From positions 71,300,001 through 71,364,000 of the forward strand of contig OX597818.1 of assembly GCA_951406725.2 (NCBI GenBank): a stretch of DNA of 64,000 bases. Direction: 5' to 3'. A program made the translations under genes and the position numbers. Shown here piece by piece: positions 12,701 to 23,430 of the stretch. How positions within the stretch are numbered: the stretch's first letter is position 1; each line of letters opens with the position of its first letter. Source of the stretch: Octopus vulgaris (taxonomy: Eukaryota). The notes under the pieces are model-generated. The model did not search any database. It saw only the letters and a program-made list of their open reading frames with translations, and was not told the DNA's origin.

Positions 12701-13768
12701 ATGGTGGAAAGAAGAAAGGAAGCAACAAGAGATGACATCACGTCAGTGAGTGAGAAGATAAGTTTCTTTCTGCTTTTTGTTTTTCCTGTGGATGCGAGCA
12801 ACGGCAGATGTCAGTTGGAAACAGAGAGAGGTTGTGTGAACACAGGTGAAGAAATGATCAAACTGCCGGGGGTACCTGTTTGCTAGTCAAACTAAGAACA
12901 ATTTTATTTACATGCTTTCAAACCGCAATACACACACACAACAAATGTAAGAAAACAAAAAGAGATGAAAAATTGATATCAGGATGAATTATTAAGATCC
13001 CTTTTATCTAAAGGACTACATTTTGAATACACCATTACTAAATTTTCATTTAGCAGGGAAGGCTGTTATGAATTATAATATCCTATCATTAATTCCTTCC
13101 TACAATAGAAAATATATTTATATAAAATAAAAAAAATATATAAATATATCATTTTGTATTAAGTATGAAAGTGCAGCATAGTATAGAACGACATTGATCG
13201 ATGGATACTGTTGTTGAACAGTAATTATTAACAGATTAGATGGCAAACAGAAATAACATTTCGATAAAAGCTTTATTTGAATTTATTTTTTGCTGTTTTT
13301 ATTCCTTTGAAATAAATCTTGATTTAGTTATTTGGTGTACAATACGAAAGTAACTGAGGATTTGAGCTAACAGATATTACAATTAAAATCTAAACAAAAT
13401 GAAATAAAAATAAACATTCAATGTGAACTCAATAAATCTCATTATTAGAAATTTCTCCTTCCAGCTTGTGAAGTCTAAATTCTTTAATACTGTCTGAAAA
13501 CGCCACTTTTAATTTTAATTTTCTTAGAGATTTTACATGTTTCGGTTCTTCTTAAAAAAACGAACCTTATCAAAAATAATTTTAAAAGTTAAGTGTAATA
13601 AAAAAGTTCATAATTATTTCTTACTAGTCTAAACAGAGTACACAGTGTGTTTTTTTTTTGGGGGGGGGGAACATAATGGCTTCTTGCGCATTGACTATAT
13701 TTATATATATATACTTCTGGTATATGTATATATATATGTGTGTGTGTATCTCTCTCTCTCTCTCTCTC

Positions 13769-13808
<40 letters not shown>

Positions 13809-13811
<3 letters not shown>

Positions 13812-14019
13812 GGTGTCTCAGAAGTCGCACACCACCCTGGTTTTTTTTTAAAGAATACACTCTTACTGATTTCAAATACACGTTATTGAAATTAATCATT
13901 ACAAATGCTCAAATTGAGCAGCCTCTACAATAAAACCTGCAGAAAAAATATAATAAAATAAAATGTTTTAGTTATTTTAAATGGAAACTAGAATGATGCG
14001 CGACTTCTGGGACACCTTG
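13809..14019. mobile_element. Tc1/mariner-type MITE
   Basis: TIRs CAGGGTGTCTCAGAAGTCGC / GCGACTTCTGGGACACCTTG (18/20 match); left end abuts TA of a (TA)n tract. Confidence 0.75.
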
Positions 14020-14109
14020 TGTGTGCGTGTGTATATATATATAGCATATATATTTATATGTATATGTGTATATATATATATGTGTATATATATATATATA
14101 TTTTTTTTT

Positions 14110-16142
14110 TTAAAGTTTTAGCTCAGAGCTGCAGCCATACTGATGCACCGCCATTTTGCGCTACAGTTATTACTAGGAGCCTCCTCTAATATGTGGCACT
14201 TGATGAAGAATGGAGTTTGATATAGCTACCCTCATTTGCACCTCTTACTGAGAGGTAGGCTCATCTGGGACTCTCGACAGGAAGACGTCCAGCTTTGATT
14301 TAAAAACCCCTACATCTACTTTGTGCAAGTTCCTCATACTCTTTTGGGAGAATATTAAAAAGCTGTGGGCCCCTGAAACCCAGGCTGTTGCAGTAACTGG
14401 TCCTGAAGCGTGATGGCATTGCTGGGATCTTTGGCACCATACAGAGTCGTCCTGTTCTGGCATTGGGGTAGCTTTCAATGCTAAAATTTGGCACAATTCC
14501 TTCCAGGATCTTCTAGATATATATTACTGCATACCTCTCCCATCTTCTCTCCAGGGAGTAGAGTCTTAGCTGTTTCAACCTTTCCCAGTAGCTGAGCTGT
14601 TGCAAAGAGACGATCTTTGTGAATCTTCTCTGGATTGCTTCAAGGTCCGCTGTTAATCTTACACTGGTTGGTGACCATAGCTGTGAACAGTAATTCAGGT
14701 GGCTGAGGATGAATGTCCACCAGAGGACCATCATGGTTCTTGCTCCTATTTGTTTTGGCCTTGTTTGGGAAAGTTGAAATCACCCATAAGAAATATGGTC
14801 ACGTGGTGTTTCAGATTCATGAGGATTTCTTTAATTCTTGTGAGGCAATCTTCAAACTTGCCTATGTGGTTTGGAGCATCCGGTGGGCAATATGTATTGC
14901 ATATGATTATATTATGTTGTCTTATGTATACAATTAGAGTGTCACATACCGAATTTGAGCATGACAGTAAGACCTGGGGTGCAAAGTCATCACGGATGTA
15001 TACAGCAACTCCACCATGGCTCCTTTCTCTTCTGTCTGTTCGCAGTATGGCATATTTTGGTACGTGTACTTCTGCGTCCTCTATGTCAGGGCTGAGGTGA
15101 GTTTCCACGAGTGCTATGCATAGGGCTTGATTGCATGCAGCAAGATCTCTCAGGAAAGAAATTTTGCTTTTATTTTGATGCAACAGGCCCCAAATATTTA
15201 GTAAAAGTATAGGTGTGACGACTGTGCAGGCATTAGGGAAGGCCATCCCGTGTCTGTTAACTGTGGTGGTCTTGCATAGTGGTGTGCAAGGTTCCTTTTT
15301 TATGCCTGGCGCAGCCAGGTTAGCTGCTGGACAATCCTTTGCGCCATGCACAAAAAAGACTCTTGCTCAGTTGCTGCATTGCGCAGAACATCTGAGGAGC
15401 ATACTTCTTTTCTGAATGTTTTCCGGGGAGACATTTCTTGCCTTTCCTCAGTAAAGTTCTTCTCTTTAAGGCCCCTGTAGTTCTGGCAGGGTGTCGGATG
15501 GGTAAACCAGCAGTTTTTGCTGTCCTCCCCATGCCAACATTTGCCCTGCAGGTAAAATTTACAGGTTCTTGGGTACCTTCTAGATTTCTTCTTTCCTGTA
15601 GGGTTTTAGGTGGCATTGGGTCCTCCAGATTTGGGTCCTTTGTTGTTTGTTTGGTGGGTTGGGGTTTCAGTTTTGGTTATTTTGCCTTTGTTTTTGTTTT
15701 CCGTCCTTCCTTTTTTCTTCTGTTTTTATAATTTCTCATTTCTTTGTAGGATCACTGGTACAGGGGGGGCTTCTAGTTACTTCTCCCTTGACTCCCCTAT
15801 CCTTCTCTGCCTGGTCGTTCACCGGGGTAGGTGATCCATTTTCTTGAGGAACTTCTGGATTACAGAGACTTCCGGGTTCTTTTTCGTCCTCTTCATCCTT
15901 ATCAGCCTTGCCACAATAATTTTCAATTATGTTATCCAAGGTGTTGATGTGTGGTCTTATAAGCATGTAAGACCGGATAAATTCACTTTTCTTCCGCTCT
16001 GTCTGGTCAATGGTTCTATGAAAGTCATTGTTCTTTAGTGCAGCAGTGATGATGTTGTTTGGCAGATCGCCACTAGCCATCGTCCATGCTCATAGCAGAA
16101 GATTCAACTCTTTCTTTCCCATTTTGGTGCCATCTTTGTGTT
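14110..16142 (-). mobile_element. CR1-group LINE, internally deleted and degenerate (ORF1 remnants, AP endonuclease, RT C-terminus)
   Basis: Endonuclease motifs LLNIWGL, LVETHL, GGVAVYI, LMGDFNFP (14746..15351) directly joined to the post-RT segment SHLNYCSQLWSP...LYSLERRWERY (14513..14734); A-rich tail into (TA)n. Confidence 0.85.
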
Positions 16143-16149
16143 TAAGCCC

Positions 16150-16745
16150 AGATGGGGGAGTAGAGGTTAGAGAGGTAATGTGAGAGAGAGGGAGGTAGAG
16201 GAGAAGAACAGAAGGGGGAAATAGGGAAAAAGAGATGGAGATATGAAGGAAAGAGAGAGGTGCTATGAAGGAAATAGAGAGAGTGATATGGGGAAAGCAA
16301 GGGGGTGTGGCGTGTTAAAGAGACAGAGGAAGGGAAATGAAAGAGAGACAGAGTGAGGGAGAGGAGGGGAATAGAGACAGAGTGAAGGAGAGGAGGTGAA
16401 GAGAAAGAGAGGCAGACTGAAAGAGAGGATGGGGAAGAGAAAGAGAGACAGGAAAAGATGAAGGATGTGAGAGAGAGGGAGAAACTGAGTGAGAGGAATG
16501 GGCAAATGAGAAGTATATGAAAGAGAGGGTGGTGTGACAGGAGGAGAGGTAGATGTGAGATGGAAGGGAAAGAGAAGTGAGAAAAGAGGAGGATATGGAA
16601 GGGAGGGAGAAAGATGAGAAAAAGAGTAAGATATGCAAGAGAGAGGAAAAGAGTAGGCATAAAGTGAGAGGAGCTGGAAGTGGAGGAATATATGTAAGGG
16701 AGGAGAGAAGAAGAGGGTAGATATGAAGAGAGTTGGGAAACGAAA
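16150..16745. repeat. Purine-rich (GA) low-complexity tract
   Basis: Almost only A/G on the + strand; gives spurious L/S/F-rich ORFs on the minus strand. Confidence 0.9.
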
Positions 16746-17083
16746 GAAATATATAATTCTAAACTAATTATGATTATATTTCTAAAAAGGATTTCTAAGT
16801 AAAATTAAAGAGATAGAGTGAAAAAAAGATTGAAAGCGAAGTGGACACTGCAACAGAAGTTGAAAGAAAAAAGAAAATTATTCTCAAAAAGTAAACAAAG
16901 ATGAAATCATAGCTCAGATATTAACTTAAATTAAAGGAAAATAAACAAATGAAAAGGATATTTATTTGCAAGAGGCAAAACTTCAAATTCTTGTCCTTGT
17001 ACGAAGTTTTCTTTCAAAAATGAAACGAAAACAATTCTTTTTGCATCTTACATCCAGCTGGAATATATATATATATTATTATG

Positions 17084-17133
<50 letters not shown>

Positions 17134-17136
<3 letters not shown>

Positions 17137-17545
17137 TTATATATATAAAACTGAGAATGTGTGTCTGTCTGTCTGTGTGTTTCTCTAAAACTTGAGAACT
17201 ACACAACCAATTTCATTCAAATTTTACACATGCCTTATTTAGGGTCCGGAAAGTGTCATTGGCAGAAAAATTTTTTTAACTTTTTGCCTAGGGCGAGCCC
17301 ACAGCAATATCATATCTTCTCCACTACGATTCCCTAAAACTTGAGAACTACACAACCAATTTCAATCAAATTTTACACATGCCTTACTTAGGGTCCATGT
17401 AGTTTCATGGGCAAAAAAATGTTCAACTTCTTGCCTAGAGCGAGCCCATAGCAATATCATATCTTCTCCACTATTTCAGTATCACGTGTTAAAAGTGAAA
17501 CAAAAATATTTCTCTATTTTATGTCAGATACTTTCACTTTAACAA
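17134..17545 (+). mobile_element. Possible non-autonomous Helitron-like 5' end with an internal ~145-bp tandem duplication
   Basis: Starts TCTTTATATATATAAAA followed by a (GTCT)n-like stretch; 17185-17325 is repeated at 17334-17472 (CTAAAACTTGAGAACTACACAACCAATTTCA...). Confidence 0.45.
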
Positions 17546-18129
17546 AAAAATAATAATAACAATTGAATTATATGTAGTAAGTAATAATTAAAATCAAACT
17601 AAAGTATAATATAATCGTAACATAACAAAAGTAAAAATAGCAATTGGTATAAAATTGCATCAATGACTTGAACTTGAATAAGTGGTTTCACATGAATGGG
17701 AATAAATTAAAAATAAAATTAGCGTGCAGAAATGGAATAATCCAGATGGATAATAGAAAATTAAATTAAAGAAAAGACTATTGTCTATAAAGTATACAAT
17801 GTAGAGAAAAAAGATTTGAACACCTGGAGGAAAGCACCTTCAAAAAGTGTCTTGGTGCGACTATAAAAGATATCTAATCAGAGGCAGTAAATTCGCCACA
17901 ATAGAAGCAAGGTTCGAGTCAACGGAGCATGCAAGGGAGTACTCGACTCGAACTTGCAAAGTGGAAATATTTTATTTTTACATTTATATCTGGGACATAG
18001 GACGTCCTGGAAAAAAATTTAAAATGCCCCCCTAATATATATATTATGTATATATCATGTATATATATATGCTAGCATATATATATATATGTGTGTGTAT
18101 ATATAGATGTATATATATGTGTGTATTGT

Positions 18130-20370
18130 CTCTTGTGAGAAGTTTATGGACCGACATCTTCTCTAATGACACCACTTCGAAGCAGAGATGGTAAAGAACT
18201 TCTTCGTGATTCACAAGGAATTCTGCGAAGGTGGCAAGAACACTTTGATGAACTTTTCAATTAGCAGTCTGTAGTTAGTGAGGATGTTCTCAATCTCATC
18301 AGTGGATTACCCGTGAAGGCAGCACTCACAGAACTACCAAAGTTGGAAGAAGTTGCAGTGGCTGTCTCAAGGATGAATAATGGGAAATCTCCGGGTATGG
18401 ATGGCATATATGCGGAGTTGTTACAGCATGGTGGTGAGGAACTTCTGCAGCATCTTCACTCTTTGTTTGGTAAGATATGGGCAAGTGAATCTGTACCTGA
18501 GGACTGGAGAGATACAGTAACGGTGGTCTTGTATAAGGGAAAGGGCAACAGGAATGATTGTGGTAACTATAGGGGAATATCATTGCTTTCTGTCGTAGGA
18601 AAGGTTTTATGCAGGGTACTTCTGGATCGTCTGCTGAAACACATTGCAGATTGTTTTCTTCCAGAAAGTCAATTTGGGTTTTGTGTGGGACGTGGCAGTG
18701 CTGATATGATCTTTTCAGCTAGACAGCTTCAGGAGAAGTGTGTGGAACATGGTCTGGATTTGTATCAGGTTTTTGTTGATCTGACAAAAGCCTTTGATAC
18801 TGTCAATAGAAAAGCATGTGGAAAGTCCTCCAGAAACTTTGGTGTCCTGAAAAGTGCCTTGCTTTGGTTAAGTCTTTTCATGAAGACATGAAGGTTAGGG
18901 CTAATGTTAGAGGGAAAATGTCGGAGCCCATTTCAATACAAAATGGAGTGAAGCAGGGGGCATATTCTGGCACTGACCCTATTTGCCATATATTTTGTGA
19001 TGGTTTTCTGTATTGCATTCAGAAACTGTAGATATGGTGTTTACATCCATTATCAAACCTCTGGCAGCATATTTAATATCAGGCGCTTTGCTGCAAAAAC
19101 AAAGGTATTTACCTCTATCATAAGAGACCTTTTGTATGCAGATGATTGTGATCTAGTAGTGCACACAGAGATTGATATGCAACACATTTTGAATGCATTC
19201 TCTGATGCTTGCACTGCCTTAGGATTGACAGTCAGTCTCAAGAAAACTGTTGTCATGTACCAGCCTGCCCCTGGGGAGCAGTATAGTGTACCAAATATCT
19301 ATGTGTATGGTAAACGACTTGATGTAGTTGATCAGTTTGTCTACCTGAGAAGCACTGTTAATAGATATAGCAATTTGGATGATGAAATTCCATACAGAAT
19401 TAGGAAAGCAAGTGATGCTTTCGGAAGGCTAGAAAGGTGCCTCTGGAGTTGGTAAGACATATGCAGAAAGACAAAGATAAAGGTGTACAAGGCATGTGTG
19501 CTCCCTTCTCTTCTCTATGCCTGCGAGAAGTGGGTCACATATCGATACCACCTTAAACAACTGGAACATTTCCATCAGATGTTTCTCAGATGGATCTACA
19601 GCATTAAGTGGGAGGACCGCATCAGTGATCTTGAAATATTGGAAGGCTCTCAGAGCAAAAGTATAGAAGCTCTTGTGTTAAAGCAAAGGCTCAGATGGAG
19701 TGGTCATCTTGTCAGGATGAAGGATTCAAGGATGCCAACACAACTGTTTCATGGAGAGTTAGCTAAAGGAGAATGCCCCCACATAAACCAAAAAAGAGGT
19801 ATAAAGACTTGCTGAAGGCTTCCTTAAGAGATGCTTGCATCTTTCCTGACACATGGGAGGGCATAGCTATTGATCGTAGCAGGTGGAGAAGGATTGTGCA
19901 CAAGGGGACAGCCACTTTTGAGAAATCTCGAGTTGCACATGAGAAAGTAAGGAGGGATGTCAGGAAGGACATCGCTGTTACACTTCCAGAAGGGAAGGGT
20001 CTTCCTTTGATTCTGACATACAATGTCTGTACAAGACACTGCCTCAGTAAAGCTGGACTCAAAGTCATCTTTGTAGTCATAAAGCGAGACAGATGAGTGA
20101 CAACCTGGCCATTGGTGGTGGTGTTACACACCATACTAATCATATCTGTCAGGGCATGTGGCAGAGAGTGTAATTCAGCAGGAGGACTTAAACGACATGC
20201 AAAGGTACATGAATCCCAGTTACAACTACTATTGCCATTAAAGATTTTAGCTGCCAATTATGTACAAGACATTGTAGATCTTTAGCTGGGCGAAAAAGTC
20301 ACATTCAATCACAGCACCAATAACAGTTAAGCTTTGTGCAATGGCCATACTCGATAACGAGGGGGAAGCC
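18130..20370 (+). mobile_element. RTE-clade LINE family B, 5'-truncated and frameshifted, with C-terminal C2H2 fingers
   Basis: KSPGMDGI, NYRGISLLS, FVDLTKAFDTVNR, GVKQG, LLYADDCDL, LRWSGHLVRM motifs across ORFs 18313-20096; ends GGCCATACTCGATAACGAGGGGGAAGCCATC before (TA)n. Confidence 0.9.
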
Positions 20371-20416
20371 ATCATATATATATGCATATATATATCTATA
20401 TATATATATATATATA

Positions 20417-20465
<49 letters not shown>

Positions 20466-20635
20466 ATATCTATCTATCTATCTATATATATATTTATATA
20501 TATATATATATATTTATATATATGTATCTATCTATCTATCTATCTATATATATTTATATATACATATGTAAATATATATGTATATATATCTATATGTATA
20601 TATATATCTATATATATATGTGTATATATATCTAT

Positions 20636-20985
20636 ATATATAATTATAACAATAAGGGTTTTACAACAAGTTACTGACCACATACAGAAAATTTTAGAAA
20701 TAGCAGCCAAAGGACTACTATTTCCTTTTTCTACAAAAATATGTCTCCACAGAGACATATCTTTGTAGAAAAAGGAAATAGTAGTCCTTTGGCAGCTATT
20801 TCTAAAATTTTCGGTATGTGGTCAAGCAATTTGTTGCAAAACCCTCATTGTTATAATTATATATAAAGAAACTTTTTGTACAAGTTTTTACTGAATATGG
20901 TCCTTTTCCATACCGAAATACTACTAAGTGAAATTTGTTGGTTTTATTGAATTAATTATCTTTCACCCTATATCTGTAATATCTA
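20636..20985. repeat. Long palindrome (~110-bp arms, centre ~20750) plus tail; probable non-autonomous Penelope-type terminus
   Basis: TAGAAATAGCAGCCAAAGGACTACTATTTCCTTTTTCTACAAA is mirrored by TTTGTAGAAAAAGGAAATAGTAGTCCTTTGGCAGCTATTTCTA; flanked by (TA)n. Confidence 0.75.
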
Positions 20986-21024
20986 TATATATATGTATAT
21001 ATATATCTTTATATATGTATATAT

Positions 21025-21074
<50 letters not shown>

Positions 21075-21076
<2 letters not shown>

Positions 21077-22720
21077 TGAGTGTATTTTACCTTGTTAACA
21101 ATTAACACGGATAAATAAATGAATAGTTACCAGGGCAGCAAAAATCTCACAAGTAAAGATGTTGTAACTCCTTGTTTATAAAGGTTGAACTTCGTGTTTA
21201 CGTTGAATATTTTGAATAATATGAATAAAAAATGGAGTTAACGTAGGTTTAAACAAGTATTTTTACTTTCTACATATGTTTCGAAAATTCCACTGATACT
21301 ATTCAAAAGAATAAAAGGTATAAACAATGCAATCTTCTCTTCGGGAAAGTGAAAAAACGAAACTCGTCAATACGACATTTTAGCAAAAAATGATGGATTC
21401 GTATAGCGATAGACAGAACGCTATTAATATTGTTTAAAAAAACGTTATATGATATAACGTCATAAGTAGCTAACAGAAAGAGTAGGGATATTAATAGTGA
21501 ATGTTAAATATAAAGGAAATTAAAGTCTAAACTATATATAATGATAGAGACTACTTATATGCACTAAAAGTATGTTTCTGCCAATGCTTACATCTGTATG
21601 CTCGTTCTATAACCGTGTTTACTAGAGTATTTTTAGAAAAAATAATGAAAAATAGCTCAGAATTGCAGAGAAGACAGAATTTCTTGCCTTTGTCATATGG
21701 TATCGAAATTGAGAGGATCAACCATTCTAAATGAAATTGTTCATTGTGGTCTTTTAAATCCCAAATCAGTTTGCTGAGACCGGTACTATTCCGTTTATTT
21801 CTATCCCTAAATGTTGAGTAATGGATAGAAATTCTTTTAGATAACTCTAACGATGTGCTTCCAATGTAAAATCGTACTTTATTACGAGTACTGATTATAC
21901 ACTGGTATATAGAATTTTTAATCTTAGAGTTACTTGACATAAATTTAATTCTATTGGGATTGACTTCAGATACAATAACCTTGTTATTAATATTACTAGA
22001 GGGTTGGATGGTATTAGCTAAATTAATGTTAGTATTAGTAAATGTATTAATATTTAACAGTTTGTTATTATGAGAAGATATAATTTGCAAGAGATTTTTT
22101 GTGTTTGAAAAACCTATCCTAACCTTATGTGAATTAATTATAGAGTAATATCTAGAATTGTTTGGAAAATTCCTAGCAATAGCTTGACGAAACAGCAGTG
22201 GGAGATTAGATTTAATTTGTCTCCCGTAAGGAATTATTAACCAAATATTTTTACTAGTATTCATAGCGTAATTACTTTTGAAGGTGTTATATTTACTTTT
22301 TGATCGGTAATAGGGGAATAAATAAGGGTTATCTGTCTTCATTCGTTTTGTATCGGTGCGTAACTTATGTTTGTTATCAATAATTCTTTTACGACTAGAA
22401 ATCTTATCTACATTATTGAATTTACAATTAGACTGAGCAGAATCAATGTAGAAAATGTTTTCTGTATAACCTGCTTTGATTAAGGCAGAGTTATAGAATT
22501 CAGCGTTATTATTGAAAATATCAACATTAGCAGATAATTTAGATAATCTAAATGAAATATTCTTAACTAAATTCTTAGTAATTGCTCCAGGATGATTACT
22601 AAATTTGCTAATGTACTTAAGATTGGTCAACGGTTTATGATATGGGAAGTAAGAGTCACTGTGTAAATTAAGCGTAATATCTAAAAAGTTGGCCTTCGTC
22701 AGATCGTCATCAAATATATC
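21075..22720 (-). mobile_element. Penelope-like retroelement, 5'-truncated: RT C-terminus plus GIY-YIG endonuclease (ORF ends 21551)
   Basis: ANFLDITLNL, YISKFSNHP, IYQC...FYIGST...KRISIH, STGLSKLIWDLK and CLLCNSE motifs typical of PLE ORFs. The first ~55 aa of the listed ORF are microsatellite read-through. Confidence 0.9.
21265..21350 (-). ncRNA. Type I hammerhead ribozyme-like fold (U4C variant) in the Penelope 3' region
   Basis: Minus strand: stem I ACTTTC/GAAAGT, core CCGAAGA, stem II GAAGATT/AATTTTC, GAAAC, palindromic stem III ACATATGT, GTA cleavage triplet. Confidence 0.7.
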
Positions 22721-22772
22721 TTTATATATGTATATATCTTTAATATATATATGTATAATATGTATATATATA

Positions 22773-22843
<71 letters not shown>

Positions 22844-22871
22844 GTATATATATATATATATGTGTATATAT

Positions 22872-23388
22872 ATCATCCCCATCATCATTGTTTAACATCC
22901 GCTTTCCATGTTAGCATGGATTGGACGATTTTGACTGAGGGCTGGCGAACCAAATGGCTGCACCAGGCTCCAATCTTGATTTGGCAGAGTTTCTACAGCT
23001 GGATGCCCTTCCTAACATCAACCACTCCGAGAGTATAGAGGATGATTGTTATGTGCCACCGGCATGATGGCCAGTCAGGTGGTACTGCCAACGACCTCGC
23101 TTGAATCTTTTTTACATATGCCACCAGCACAGGTACCAGTAAGGCGACGTTGGTAATGATCACACTCGAATGGTGCCATTTTACGTGCCACTGGCATGGA
23201 AGCCAGTTGGCTGCTCTGGCAACGATCATGCTTGAATGGTGCCTTTTAAGTTCTGCTGGCACGGAAGCCAGTTAGCTTCTCTGTCAATGATCATGTTTGT
23301 ATGGTGCTCTTTGCACCCTGCTAGTATGGACGCCAGTCATCGAATTTGATTTTGATTGATTTCACTTGCCTCAACAGGTCTCCGTAAG
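22872..23388 (-). mobile_element. RTE family A 3'UTR fragment
   Basis: Reverse-complement match to ~26690-27190. Confidence 0.85.
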
Positions 23389-23391
23389 CAT

Positions 23392-23428
<37 letters not shown>

Positions 23429-23430
<2 letters not shown>

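Noticed and set aside
20336-20768. YIYIYI-type ORFs here and at 13.6, 22.7, 48.6-49.3, 54.3, 56.3, 58.8 and 62.9 kb
   Set aside because: Translations of (TA)n, (TATC)n and (CA)n microsatellites.
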